This document shows positions 1-9,198 of a stretch of DNA of 64,000 nucleotides, in pieces (the first letter of the stretch is position 1; the number at the start of each line of letters is the position of its first letter). Source of the DNA: an uncultured Victivallaceae bacterium. Its GTDB lineage: Bacteria; Verrucomicrobiota; Lentisphaeria; Victivallales; GWF2-50-93. The stretch lies in NCBI GenBank assembly GCA_964636325.1, contig CAZWRV010000011.1, positions 7,264 to 71,263 on the forward strand, read 5' to 3'. The position numbers were made by a program, and so were the translations under genes. Below the pieces are notes generated by a model. It saw only the letters and a list, made by a program, of their open reading frames with translations. It did no database searches and was not told where the DNA came from.

Positions 1-302
1 CGTTTTGTTCAGGATGCAGCACCATAACAGTGATTACATCGGCTCCCGATGGCGCGGACATATCCCTGGACGGCAGCCGCATCGGCAAGACGCCGTTCAC
101 CTGCAAGGTCGGCTCGAAGTTCGGCATATTCAACAAGTATATGTTCAAGGCCGAAAAGGAAGGCTATAAGCCTGAGCTCCTCATATTTCAGGAACCTTCG
201 TACTTCAGCGGCGCATCAGGGGCCGTGCCTGACACGATACACTTCGATCTCAAGCCTGAAAAGCCCGCCGTTCCGGAGGAAGAGAAGCCCGGGGGCAAGT
301 AG
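1..302 (+). CDS. PEGA-domain protein, C-terminal part (5' end probably just outside window)
   Basis: Frame 3 is open from base 3. The translation ...FCSGCSTITVITSAPDGADISLDGSRIGKTPF... fits the PEGA-domain pattern, and SGC may be a lipobox. Stop at 300-302. Confidence 0.5.
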   Translation, partial: FCSGCSTITVITSAPDGADISLDGSRIGKTPFTCKVGSKFGIFNKYMFKAEKEGYKPELLIFQEPSYFSGASGAVPDTIHFDLKPEKPAVPEEEKPGGK

Positions 303-310
303 TTCCGGCG

Positions 311-1702
311 CTATTTCCTTTTCTTTCCGCAGATCTCCTTCGCTATCCTCTTAAGCGCCTCGGCCTGGAACTTCGGGTCGATGGCGATAAGCGGATTCGC
401 CGCAGAGACGGTGACCGTGGCAGTGGACTTCTTCAGTTCGTCCTCGAGCTTGCCCACGGTGCCGTTGAAGGAATATTTGCTCCCTGGCTTGATCTCCTTG
501 ACGTCTGTAGGCAGGCCGATCTTGTCCAGTATGGCGATGAACGGTTCGGGATCGAGCTCCTCGACGTTCACCATCCTGCAGGCATCCCACTTGCCGTTGG
601 CGATGAGCATGGCGGCGGCGACCGGGGGGACTCCCGCAGTGTAGCTTATACCCTGCGACTCGACCTCCTTGTAGCACTCGTGGTGGTCGGAGACCTGGTA
701 GATGAGGACCTCGCGCTTCTTCCCGTTCTTCCAGCCCTTGACGAAGTTGCCGATGCATGTCTTGCCGGTGTAGGTGGGCGCAAGCGTCTTAGGATCGGGA
801 AGCAGTGCTTTAACGACTTTCAGCGGCACAACTTCCTGGCCGGTTGTGAGCTTCACCGGGAGATGGGAGAGGAATCCGATCGTGCGCAGGACGGTGAAGA
901 CGTTGATGTAGTGGTTGCCGAAGCCCATCCAGAAGCGGATGCTGTTGGCATCCATGTTCTTGGACAGCGAGTGCAGCTCGTCGTGGCCGTTGAGGTATAT
1001 CGGGCACTCGCCTACGACCGGGAAGTCGTAAATCCTTTTTACAGAATGCGTCGGATACTCCTTCCACTTGCGGTCGATCCATGTCCAGACCTTGATGAAC
1101 TCGCGGAAGTTGATTTCGGGGTCGAAGTTGGTGGCGAAGTATCTGCCGTGCCTTCCGGCGTTGACGTCCATGATGTCGATGGTGTCGATCCTGTCGAAGT
1201 AGCGTTTCTGTGCGAGGGCGCAGTATGCGTTGACGACGCCGGGGTCGAATCCCGCTCCGAGGAGGGCGGTGAGGCCGGCCTTCCTGCAGCGGTCCTTCCT
1301 TTTCCACTCGTAGTTGGCGTACCACGGCGGCTTCTCGCAGACCTTGTCAGGCTCCTCGTGTATGGCGGTGTCCATGTATGCCGCGCCGGTCTGCAGGCAC
1401 GCCTCGAGGACCGACATGTTGACGAACGCGTTGCCGAGGTTGATGACGATCTCGGACTTAGTCTCCTTGATGAGCTTCGCGGTGGCGGGGATGTCCAGTG
1501 CGTCGAGCTGGCGGGAATAGAGTTTCTTAGTGCTGTCCTTCAGGTGCCTCTTCTTCATGACGCTCTTGATGATCTCGTCGCACTTCGACTGGGTGCGCGA
1601 GGCGATGCAGATGTCACCTAGCAGATCGTTGTTCATCGCCGCCTTGTGCGCGGTGACATGCGCTACGCCGCCCGCACCGATTATCAGGACGTTCCTCTTC
1701 AT
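311..1702 (-). CDS. carboxynorspermidine synthase/dehydrogenase (saccharopine dehydrogenase family)
   Basis: ORF 311..1852 trimmed to ATG at 1702, giving MKRNVLIIGAGGVAHVTAHKAA (Rossmann GxGxxG). Family-typical blocks GAGFDPGV, FATNFDPE, ISYTAGVP. Adjacent to nspC. About 50-aa C-terminal extension. Confidence 0.8.
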   Translation of the reverse strand: MKRNVLIIGAGGVAHVTAHKAAMNNDLLGDICIASRTQSKCDEIIKSVMKKRHLKDSTKKLYSRQLDALDIPATAKLIKETKSEIVINLGNAFVNMSVLEACLQTGAAYMDTAIHEEPDKVCEKPPWYANYEWKRKDRCRKAGLTALLGAGFDPGVVNAYCALAQKRYFDRIDTIDIMDVNAGRHGRYFATNFDPEINFREFIKVWTWIDRKWKEYPTHSVKRIYDFPVVGECPIYLNGHDELHSLSKNMDANSIRFWMGFGNHYINVFTVLRTIGFLSHLPVKLTTGQEVVPLKVVKALLPDPKTLAPTYTGKTCIGNFVKGWKNGKKREVLIYQVSDHHECYKEVESQGISYTAGVPPVAAAMLIANGKWDACRMVNVEELDPEPFIAILDKIGLPTDVKEIKPGSKYSFNGTVGKLEDELKKSTATVTVSAANPLIAIDPKFQAEALKRIAKEICGKKRK

Positions 1703-1792
1703 ATAGCCGCTCCTTGATGCTGTGTGGAGTTTCAATTTATGATCTCGAACAATTATCACGGTTATCCATATTTTCAAGGTGGTGTTTGGCCT

Positions 1793-1811
1793 TTGCGCGT
1801 GGCGCGCGCAA
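1793..1811. repeat. single copy of the 19-nt GC palindromic unit (ttgcgcgtggcgcgcgcaa)
   Basis: Near-identical to the units at 33827, 33887, 33947, 42223 and 42282. Its flanks (gtttggccttt / taaag) resemble the array linker ends. Confidence 0.7.
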
Positions 1812-1883
1812 TAAAGAAAACTGAAGAGGTCCTCGCATGCAGATTTTGCCATTCGCGCCTGGAAGCCGCAAGATACTCAAGTT

Positions 1884-2990
1884 TCAGGAGAGGCTGTTCT
1901 TGAAGTCCTCGTAGTTGAACGAGCGGATCTCTTCGATTTTGCCGTCGAGTCTGCGGACGGCGATTGAAGGCATGGGAACGCCGTTGAACCAGTTTTTCTT
2001 GACCATGGTGTAGCCGGCCGCGTCGGCGATGCGGACCTGGCCGCCGGGCTTGAGCTTCTTCGCGATCCTGTAGGTTCCGAATACGTCGCCTGCGAGGCAT
2101 GAGCGCCCCGCGATCATGAACTTGTGCGGCCCGGGGCCGGGGGATGCGAGCTTCGCGGTCGTGCGGTAGACGAGTTGGTCGAGCATGTGGGCCTCCAGCG
2201 AAGCGTCGATTATCGCGATGTCGATCCTGTTGCGGACGACGTCCAGGACTGTGGTGACAAGCTCGGCGGTGTTAGTGATTGCGGCCTCTCCGGGTTCGAG
2301 ATATATCTGGACTCCGTATCTACCGCGGAATTCCTTGAGCTTCTTGCAGAAAGCATCAAGCGGATAACCTTTCTTGGTGAAAAAAATCCCGCCGCCGAAG
2401 CTGACCCATTCCATCTTCTTAAGCAGGGCGCCGTATTTGCGGCCGATGAGGTCCAGCGAGGATGACAGCTGGGGGAAGTCGTCGTTCTCGCAGTTGAAGT
2501 GGAACATCAGGCCGCTCAGATGCGATGCCAGATCGTGCAGCTTCTTCATGTCTGTGACTCCGAGCCTGGAATATTTCCTTGCTGGATCCGCAAGATCGAA
2601 ATGGGAATAGCTGATGCCGGGATTCGCCCTGAGGCCGAGCTTGACTCCGCGGGCGTACTTCATAAACATCTCAAGCTGGGAGGCGGAGTTGAAGATTACC
2701 TTGTCCGCGAACTTCACTAGAGCCTTTATGTCGTCGGATGAGTATCCGACGCTGAACGCATGTGTCTCCTTACCGAACTTCTCGTAGCCCAGCCTGGCCT
2801 CGAAGAGCGAGCTGCTCGTGGTCCCGTCCATGTATTTCCGCATCAGGGGAAATACGCACCATGTCGAGAAGCACTTGAGGGCCAGGACCGACTTGGCGCC
2901 GGATTTTTCGCGGACGCGGGCGATCAGCTCCATGTTCCTGATGAGCTTCTGTTCGTCGATGAAGTAGTATGGGGTGGCAATCTGTTTCAT
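1884..2990 (-). CDS. nspC: carboxynorspermidine decarboxylase
   Basis: 368 aa starting MKQIATPYYFIDEQKL. PLP-decarboxylase (alanine racemase fold) pattern typical of NspC. Lies directly upstream of the CANSDH gene on the same strand. Confidence 0.8.
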   Translation of the reverse strand: MKQIATPYYFIDEQKLIRNMELIARVREKSGAKSVLALKCFSTWCVFPLMRKYMDGTTSSSLFEARLGYEKFGKETHAFSVGYSSDDIKALVKFADKVIFNSASQLEMFMKYARGVKLGLRANPGISYSHFDLADPARKYSRLGVTDMKKLHDLASHLSGLMFHFNCENDDFPQLSSSLDLIGRKYGALLKKMEWVSFGGGIFFTKKGYPLDAFCKKLKEFRGRYGVQIYLEPGEAAITNTAELVTTVLDVVRNRIDIAIIDASLEAHMLDQLVYRTTAKLASPGPGPHKFMIAGRSCLAGDVFGTYRIAKKLKPGGQVRIADAAGYTMVKKNWFNGVPMPSIAVRRLDGKIEEIRSFNYEDFKNSLS

Positions 2991-2993
2991 GTC

Positions 2994-3731
2994 TCAGAGT
3001 CCGCCGGTGACTTCGAGCACTGCGCCGGTGATGTATGAGGAGTCCCTGGACGCGAGGAAGATGACGGCCGATGCGACCTCTTCTGGTTTTCCGAATCGGC
3101 GCATGGGGATCATGCTTTTGTATGCGTTCCTCTGATCCTCGGGGAGGTCGGCTATGAGTTCGGTGTCTATGAATCCCGGGGATACGCAGTTGACGGTTAT
3201 CTGACGCCTGGCGGCCTCCTTGGCTAGCGACTTTGTGAACGCGACCTGTCCCGCCTTGGAGGCGGCGTAGTTGGCCTGGCCCTGGAAGCCCATGCTGCCG
3301 GACGGCGAGGTGATTGATATTATCCTGCCGAAGCGGTTCTCCATCATCTTGAGCAGGGCGAACTTGCTCATGGCGTAAGTCCCGCCGAGATTAGTTGAGA
3401 GGACGGCGTTCCAGTCCTCAGGGGGCATCATTCCGACAGCGTTGTCCTTCCTGACACCTGCATTGTTCACTAGCACCTCGAGGGACTTTTTCCTGAGTGA
3501 ATACTCCTTGAAGAACGCCTCGGCGGCCTTGTAGTCCGAAATGTCGAGGCGGGCGGTTTCCAGGCGGTCTTCCGGATGCCTGGACTTGAAGGCCTGCGCC
3601 GCAGCCTCGTTGCCCTGGTAGAGCGCTGTCACATTAGCACCCCTCGTGAGGAACGCCTCAGATATGGCGAGGCCGATACCGCGGGTGCCGCCTGTGATTA
3701 TTACGTTCCAACCGTTGAAGTCAAAGTCCAT
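2994..3731 (-). CDS. short-chain dehydrogenase/reductase, FabG-like 3-oxoacyl reductase
   Basis: TGGTRGIG cofactor motif, NNAG, and catalytic S...YAASK motif; 245 aa. Confidence 0.7.
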   Translation of the reverse strand: MDFDFNGWNVIITGGTRGIGLAISEAFLTRGANVTALYQGNEAAAQAFKSRHPEDRLETARLDISDYKAAEAFFKEYSLRKKSLEVLVNNAGVRKDNAVGMMPPEDWNAVLSTNLGGTYAMSKFALLKMMENRFGRIISITSPSGSMGFQGQANYAASKAGQVAFTKSLAKEAARRQITVNCVSPGFIDTELIADLPEDQRNAYKSMIPMRRFGKPEEVASAVIFLASRDSSYITGAVLEVTGGL

Positions 3732-3875
3732 GGTTCATATTTCCTGTCTCGAGGATACTCATGGCGTAAATATTCATTGAACTACGCCCTTTCACTGAAT
3801 ATATACCTCATGGCAGCGGTCGCCGGAAAGACGGGCAGCCGGAAATTCCAGGCCGCCTTCCGGGAAATATGAAAT

Positions 3876-3905
3876 AAAAAATTCCGGCCGGGCCGGAATT
3901 TTTTC
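3876..3905 (-). terminator. Rho-independent terminator after rplQ (symmetric, potentially bidirectional)
   Basis: Perfect palindrome aattccggcc-g-ggccggaatt (3880-3900) flanked by an A-run on + (a T-run on the minus strand) and a T-run on +. Lies 24 nt after the rplQ stop. Confidence 0.7.
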
Positions 3906-3928
3906 TGGGCGAAGCTGAACCTGGGAAA

Positions 3929-4459
3929 TCAGGCCGGGGCAGGTGCTTCCTTCTTTTCCTCCGGGGCCGGGGCATCGGAGGTTCCGGGCTTATCGTCCTT
4001 TTTCTCGGGCTTCTTCTCGGCCTCGGTCTTCTTCCTTTTCTTCTTAGGCTTCGGCTGGACGGCGCCTTCCTCGACCCACTGCAGGAGGCACATTTCGGCG
4101 GAGTCGCCCTTGCGCGGCCCCAGCTTAATGATCCTGGTGTAGCCGCCGTTCCTTTCCGCGTATCGCGGGGCGATCTCGGAGAAGAGCTTTTCCACGGCGG
4201 TCATGAATCCCTTCATCGGCGCTTCGCGCTTTGCGACCGGGACGTCGAATATCCTGGAGATGACGAGGCGCCTGCGGTGGAGGCCGCCCTTCTTGGCGAG
4301 TGTGACCATCTTCTCGGCCAGGCGCCGGGTGCCCTTGGCCTTTTCGAGCGTGGTCTTGATCTGGCCGTGGTGGATCAGGCTTGCGACCTGGTTGGCGAGG
4401 AGAGCCTTCCTATGTTCGGAAGTCCGTCCGAGCTTGAACGTGAGCTTGCGATGGCGCAT
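3929..4459 (-). CDS. rplQ: 50S ribosomal protein L17 with Lys/Pro/Ala/Glu-rich C-terminal tail
   Basis: [24 protein letters not shown]... is the canonical L17 N-terminus. 176 aa against about 127 typical. Tail sequence [23 protein letters not shown]... Confidence 0.9.
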   Translation of the reverse strand: MRHRKLTFKLGRTSEHRKALLANQVASLIHHGQIKTTLEKAKGTRRLAEKMVTLAKKGGLHRRRLVISRIFDVPVAKREAPMKGFMTAVEKLFSEIAPRYAERNGGYTRIIKLGPRKGDSAEMCLLQWVEEGAVQPKPKKKRKKTEAEKKPEKKDDKPGTSDAPAPEEKKEAPAPA

Positions 4460-5487
4460 TATTTCTCCTCCTGGTCTTCGGAGTGCAGTTTCTTGGTTTC
4501 GTTTTCAACGATGGTCTTCATCTCGTCGCTGAATGTCATTCCGAGGGAGAGCCCGAGAGTTGAGAGCTTCTGCTTGATTTCCTCGAGGGACTTCTTGCCG
4601 AAGTTCCTGTATTTGAGCATTTTGGACTCCGTCTTCATGCAGAGGTCGCCGATGAGCTTGATGTTCGCGTTTCTCAGGCAGTTCTGGGCCCTTACTGAGA
4701 GCTCGATGTTGTCGACGGACTGGATCAGCGTCTTGTGCATCTTCCTCTCCTCTTCGGTGAGGGATGCGAGCATGCCCTCGTCTCCGGCCAGCGTCCCCAG
4801 GAATGGCCTCAGATGGTCCTGCAGTATCTTCGCCGACTTTTCCAGTGCGTCCTTGGGGTTGATCCTGCCGTCGGTCCATATTTCGAGGACGAGGCTGTCC
4901 TTCTCCGTCTCCTCGCCTACGCGGGCGGCTCCGACGTTGTAGCGGACCCTGGTCACGGGGCTGTAAAGGGCATCAACGGGTATGGTGCCGAGCGGCTTGT
5001 CGGGGTTCTTGTTCTTTTCGGACGGGAGCCATCCGCGGCCCTTGGTTATTTCCAGCTCAGCCCGGAAGTTGATGTCCTTGTCGAGTGTGCAGATTACCTG
5101 CTCGGGGTTGAGTATGACGACAGTTCCGTCGGTGACTATGTCCGCTCCGGTTACCGTGCCCTCCTTGTTCTTTCTGATCTCTAGATTCTTCGGAGTTTCC
5201 CCAGTGCAGTTGAGGCGTATGCGCTTGAGGTTGAGGACTATTTCCGTGACGTCCTCGACCACGTGTGGGAGGGTCTGGAACTCGTGCGATGCTCCTTCGA
5301 TGCGTATGGATGAGATGGCATGGCCTTCCAGGGAGGACAGGAGTATCCTTCTGAGAGAATTGCCGAGAGTGTGGCCGAATCCGCTCTGGAATGGGGCGGC
5401 AGTGAACTTCGCGTAGGTATCGGTGGCGGTCGACTCATCCATGTCTAGGCTTCGCGGCATCGGAAACGCGGTTGAGGATGAAAGCAT
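4459..5487 (-). CDS. rpoA: DNA-directed RNA polymerase subunit alpha
   Basis: [20 protein letters not shown] motif; 342 aa. The stop overlaps the rplQ start (TAATG). Confidence 0.9.
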   Translation of the reverse strand: MLSSSTAFPMPRSLDMDESTATDTYAKFTAAPFQSGFGHTLGNSLRRILLSSLEGHAISSIRIEGASHEFQTLPHVVEDVTEIVLNLKRIRLNCTGETPKNLEIRKNKEGTVTGADIVTDGTVVILNPEQVICTLDKDINFRAELEITKGRGWLPSEKNKNPDKPLGTIPVDALYSPVTRVRYNVGAARVGEETEKDSLVLEIWTDGRINPKDALEKSAKILQDHLRPFLGTLAGDEGMLASLTEEERKMHKTLIQSVDNIELSVRAQNCLRNANIKLIGDLCMKTESKMLKYRNFGKKSLEEIKQKLSTLGLSLGMTFSDEMKTIVENETKKLHSEDQEEK

Positions 5488-5571
5488 AACTAAATTACCT
5501 CCAAGTTTATATATGAATTAAAGTGGATGTCGATGGCTGCGGCCTGGCGCCACACGCCAGGCCGCGCAGGT

Positions 5572-6063
5572 TCAGACCCTGCGCCTCTTCGGGGGCCTGC
5601 AGCCGTTGTGGGGGACCGGTGTGATGTCCTGAAGGGCTACGATGCCCAGCCCTGCGGCGGCGATTCCCCGGACCGCGGACTCTCGTCCCGCTCCGGGGCC
5701 CTTGATCCTAACTTCGGTCTCCTTCATCCCGAGGGTCATGGCCTTTTTTGCGGCGTCTGTCGCAACAAGCTGCGCGACATAGGCGGTGCTTTTCCTGGAT
5801 CCCTTGAATCCGCACTTGCCCGCGCTTGACCAGCAGAGGACGTTGCCATGGAGGTCGGTGAATACGACCTTGGTGTTGTTGAAGGTCGCATGGACGTATG
5901 CGATTCCGGTTGGGACGATCCTGCCCCCCTTCATCTTCTTCTTTGCGGGTATCTGTGCGGCCTCCTGGCCGTCCGCAGGAAGGTTCTGCAGCTCCGCCGG
6001 ATCCTGCTGCTGGGGTTTGCCTTCCTCCTTCTCCTTTTTCTTGGCGCTCTTATCGTCAGCCAT
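5572..6063 (-). CDS. rpsK: 30S ribosomal protein S11 with charged N-terminal extension
   Basis: The core [24 protein letters not shown]...GFKGSRKST...[13 protein letters not shown] is canonical S11. About 45 extra N-terminal residues. Confidence 0.9.
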   Translation of the reverse strand: MADDKSAKKKEKEEGKPQQQDPAELQNLPADGQEAAQIPAKKKMKGGRIVPTGIAYVHATFNNTKVVFTDLHGNVLCWSSAGKCGFKGSRKSTAYVAQLVATDAAKKAMTLGMKETEVRIKGPGAGRESAVRGIAAAGLGIVALQDITPVPHNGCRPPKRRRV

Positions 6064-6096
6064 TTTTCAGCCTTTCAAGTGTCTGTTTTGGTTGAT

Positions 6097-6585
6097 CTAC
6101 TTTTTTTCGGCGGGTGCGGCGGGCTTTTTTGCGCCGCCTGCCGGTGCAGCCTGCGCCTGGGCAGGAGCGGTTCCGCCGCCCTGCGGGGCGCCGGTAGCGA
6201 GTTCCTTCCTCTGGCTCTTTTCACGGACCGCGCCGACGGTCTGCTTCTTGCCCTTCCTTGTCCTGGCGTTGGTCTTGGTGCGCTGGCCGCGTACCGGGAG
6301 TCCTCTGCGGTGCCTCTGGCCGCGGTAGCATCCGATGGAGACGAGGCGCCTGATGTCCTGGGAGACCATCCGGCGGAGGTCGCCCTCTATGGTGTAGTCG
6401 GTCTGGAGGATTGAGGTGATCCTTGCGATCTGCTCGTCGTTGAGCTGGTCGGCCTTGAGGCCCTCCGGCACCTGGGCCTTCTTGATTATCTCGAGGGCTC
6501 TGGCCGGGCCGATCCCGTAGATGTAGCGCAGCGAATATTCGATGCGCTTCTTGCCTGGTATGTCCACTCCTAGAATCCGCGGCAT
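6097..6585 (-). CDS. rpsM: 30S ribosomal protein S13 with Ala/Pro/Lys-rich C-terminal extension
   Basis: MPRILGVDIPGKKRIEYSLRYIYGIG... is the canonical S13 N-terminus. 162 aa against about 118 typical. Confidence 0.9.
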   Translation of the reverse strand: MPRILGVDIPGKKRIEYSLRYIYGIGPARALEIIKKAQVPEGLKADQLNDEQIARITSILQTDYTIEGDLRRMVSQDIRRLVSIGCYRGQRHRRGLPVRGQRTKTNARTRKGKKQTVGAVREKSQRKELATGAPQGGGTAPAQAQAAPAGGAKKPAAPAEKK

Positions 6586-6609
6586 ATTAATAATCCTTTC
6601 AGGTTAATG

Positions 6610-6726
6610 TCACCCTTGCCTCTGCTTGTGTCTTGCGTTGCGGGAGCAGGTCACCCTGACTACGCCCTTCCGCTTGATGATCTGGCAGTTCTCGCAGCGT
6701 CTCTTTATCGAGGCCCTCACTTTCAT
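6610..6726 (-). CDS. rpmJ: 50S ribosomal protein L36
   Basis: Hand-translated, below the ORF-track size cutoff: [43 protein letters not shown] lies 8 nt upstream of the ATG. The 82-aa track ORF 6599..6847 is a different frame. Confidence 0.9.
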   Translation of the reverse strand: MKVRASIKRRCENCQIIKRKGVVRVTCSRNARHKQRQG

Positions 6727-6859
6727 CTTGGACTCCTGTATTGCTTTCGGATTGAGCCTCTCCGAAAATGTTTCCATTCCATAGTGTGTCTGGTGATAAA
6801 TACAAATATAGAGCCGGATAATTTATTTCACTGGAAGTGTAAATCAAGGATTATTTGCT

Positions 6860-6898
6860 TTTTTTTCAAAAAAATGCGGATCCATATGTTTTCCGCAT
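6860..6898 (-). terminator. Rho-independent terminator after the Zn-ribbon gene
   Basis: 7-bp stem (6874-6880 atgcgga / 6892-6898 tccgcat) followed on the minus strand by TTTTTT. Starts 9 nt after the stop at 6907. Confidence 0.6.
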
Positions 6899-6906
6899 GG
6901 GGGAGC

Positions 6907-7188
6907 TCATTCCATTCCGGACTGTCCGGTGAAGTTGAAAGGGATTTCGTGGCTGTAAGGGTGCTGCCTGGTCAACCACTGGTCGATCATGGGCTTGAGC
7001 AGATAGTTTTCCAGCTCGCTGTCCATTTCGAGATGGTGGTCGCAGTAGGGGCACGTGGCGAAGTGCTCTATGTCGTCCCTGAAGATGATCTCGAAGCATT
7101 TCGGGCAGAGAAGCAGCTTGTCGTTGTATGCGGCGAAATGCTTGAACCTGTGCTGCGCCGGGTTCTCTGTCTTTGCGAATCTGTCCAT
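6907..7188 (-). CDS. small Cys4 zinc-ribbon protein, unknown function
   Basis: CPKC...CPYC pair in MDRFAKTENPAQHRFKHFAAYNDKLLLCPKCFEII...CPYCDHHL. The ORF extends to 7266; I prefer the internal Met27 start. Has its own terminator. Confidence 0.45.
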   Translation of the reverse strand: MDRFAKTENPAQHRFKHFAAYNDKLLLCPKCFEIIFRDDIEHFATCPYCDHHLEMDSELENYLLKPMIDQWLTRQHPYSHEIPFNFTGQSGME

Positions 7189-7432
7189 GTGCGGCGAACC
7201 TGCTGTTAGATTCAGATTTCCCGACCCGCCCACTGTGACAAGCTTGAAAAGGCCGGGAAAGGTCAATGTGGTTTTTCAGGGCTGGACGCCGGAAATCTGA
7301 ATGAAATACCTTACCTTGAGTCGGTATTTCGCCACATTTTTTCCGCGGATCAGGATGTCTGAGTTTATATGACTGCCAATATACCGCGCGGGATCGGGAA
7401 ATCAAATCGTTGCGGCGTTTTAATGAATGTGC

Positions 7433-9169
7433 TCAGTAGATCCGCTTGACGGCACGCGTGGCCGTGTTGGACTCCGTGTGGCTGATAGGTATGGTGAAGG
7501 AGATGGTGCAGCGCTTGCCCTTTTCGCCGCTTGCGGAAATTGTTCCGCCGTGCGCCTCGACGATCCTCTTCGAGACGGTCAGGCCCAGTCCGGTGCCTGC
7601 CGAGCCCTTCGACGTGTAGAAGAGGTCGAAAATCTTCTGCGCTTCCTCGTTGCTTATGCCGATACCGTCGTCGGTGACGGAGATGACGATGTATTCCTTG
7701 CCCTCGTCGTAGGCGGCGTCGACGTAGATTGAGCCGGCCTTCGACTTGTCGTCGACGCTTTCCTTCTTGGTGTTGATGGCGTGTTCCGCGTTGCAGATGA
7801 GGTTCAGGAGGACCCTGTGCAGTCCGTGGCTGTCGAACTCCGCGAAGAAGGGGGTGTCCTTGATGTCGGGGTTGACCTTCAGCTCGATGCCCTCCTGGCT
7901 CATCTGCGGGACGAGCAGTTCGATGACGTCCTTGATGACGTTGTTGAGGTCGCCCATCTTCATGTTGGGCTTCTGCTCGCTGGTGAGGTTGAGCAGGTCG
8001 AGAACGAGGTTGCCGAGCCTCCTGTGGTTCTTGCTGAGGATTCCGAGTGATTCGGCGGCGAGCGCGAGGTCCTTCTCGTCTATCGCCATCTGCAGCAGGT
8101 TCAGGCTGCCGTCCAGTCCGGCGAGGATGTTCTTGATGTGGTGGGAGAGGTTGGCCGCGGTGGTGCCGGTGGCGACGAGCCTTTCGTTCTTAAGGTTGAA
8201 CTCGAGCAGCCTTATGTTTTCAAGGGCGAGGCCGGCGGTGTGGCCGATGACGGTCAGCAGCCTCAGGTCGTCCTGCGTGTATTTGTCCGTGGCGCTGGTC
8301 ATGGTCAGATAGACCATTCCGGTCAGCTGCTGGTTGACGATCATGGGCACGCACATCGTGCTTTTCACCTGGGGAGCCCCGACTGCGGTCGCCTGCTTTC
8401 CGGCGTAGGGGTCGACCGAGAGGACCGACTCGCGGTTCTCCTTGACGAAGTCGACGATCGTCTTGCTGATTTCGCTTTCCGGGATGTTCTGGATGGGGCC
8501 GCTCTTGTCCTTGCCGGCCACCGGCACGAATATGCCCTTTTCCAGGTTGTAGATGATAAGGAAGGCCTTCTCCACGGTCATTATGTTGAATATCGCCCCG
8601 AGAATCTTCTGGTGGAGCTTTTCCGGCGTTGCGGTGGACGCGATCTGGTTCTGGAACTTGTAGACCGATGTGAGTATCTTGTTCTGTTCGGCGGCTGCCT
8701 TGACGGCGTCCGGCGCCGGCTTCTCCGCCGTGGATGAGGGTATGAACGTCTCAGGCTGGAGGCTGTATGTGAGGAACGGCAGGCTTACCGAGACCGTATC
8801 CTCGCCGGAGTATATGTTGAAGAGTTCGAAGAGGGTGTTCCCGATCCTGACGGGCGTCTTGGGGGGGATGAGCGCCTTGCCTGCGACCCTCTGGCCCACC
8901 ATCCAGGTTCCGTTCGTGCTCTCGAGATCCTCGAGGAACCACTTGCCCTCCTCCCATGAGAGCCTGCAGTGCACCCTTGAGACCAGGTTGTCGTGGAAGA
9001 CGATGTCGGCCTCGTTGGAACGGCCTATGGTCTGAGTCTGGCTCTTGAGGGGTATCTCAGTACCCTTCATCGCGCCGCCGATTATCTTTATCACGAAGTC
9101 GCCGCTGCTAGCCGCGGCCGACCTGCTTTTGCTTTGCATTTGTTGAGGCATGGGAACTCCGGAAATCAT
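7433..9169 (-). CDS. FHA-GAF-histidine kinase (cytoplasmic sensor kinase)
   Basis: FHA signature (IGRSNEADIVFHDNLVSRVHCRL...STNGT), central GAF-like region, H-box LSHHIKNIL, ATPase boxes DDGIGI and GTGLGL. No TM segment seen. Confidence 0.75.
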   Translation of the reverse strand: MISGVPMPQQMQSKSRSAAASSGDFVIKIIGGAMKGTEIPLKSQTQTIGRSNEADIVFHDNLVSRVHCRLSWEEGKWFLEDLESTNGTWMVGQRVAGKALIPPKTPVRIGNTLFELFNIYSGEDTVSVSLPFLTYSLQPETFIPSSTAEKPAPDAVKAAAEQNKILTSVYKFQNQIASTATPEKLHQKILGAIFNIMTVEKAFLIIYNLEKGIFVPVAGKDKSGPIQNIPESEISKTIVDFVKENRESVLSVDPYAGKQATAVGAPQVKSTMCVPMIVNQQLTGMVYLTMTSATDKYTQDDLRLLTVIGHTAGLALENIRLLEFNLKNERLVATGTTAANLSHHIKNILAGLDGSLNLLQMAIDEKDLALAAESLGILSKNHRRLGNLVLDLLNLTSEQKPNMKMGDLNNVIKDVIELLVPQMSQEGIELKVNPDIKDTPFFAEFDSHGLHRVLLNLICNAEHAINTKKESVDDKSKAGSIYVDAAYDEGKEYIVISVTDDGIGISNEEAQKIFDLFYTSKGSAGTGLGLTVSKRIVEAHGGTISASGEKGKRCTISFTIPISHTESNTATRAVKRIY

Positions 9170-9198
9170 CCGATAAGTTAAACGCGGAGAGTGCTATT

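Noticed and set aside
680-1621. Long antisense or alternative-frame ORFs (for example 680..1621+, 20402..21091-, 27687..28277-, 36913..37860-, 42716..43600-, 48624..49346-, 50078..50851-, 57901..58968+, 59778..61121+, 62154..63257+)
   Set aside because: They lie opposite or out of frame to genes with clear family motifs. They have Arg/Gly/Pro/Ala-biased composition typical of high-GC shadow ORFs, and they carry no recognisable motifs.
6599-6847. 82-aa track ORF overlapping the rpmJ region
   Set aside because: It is in a different frame from the perfectly canonical 38-aa L36 sequence (6610-6726), and its own sequence has no coding features.
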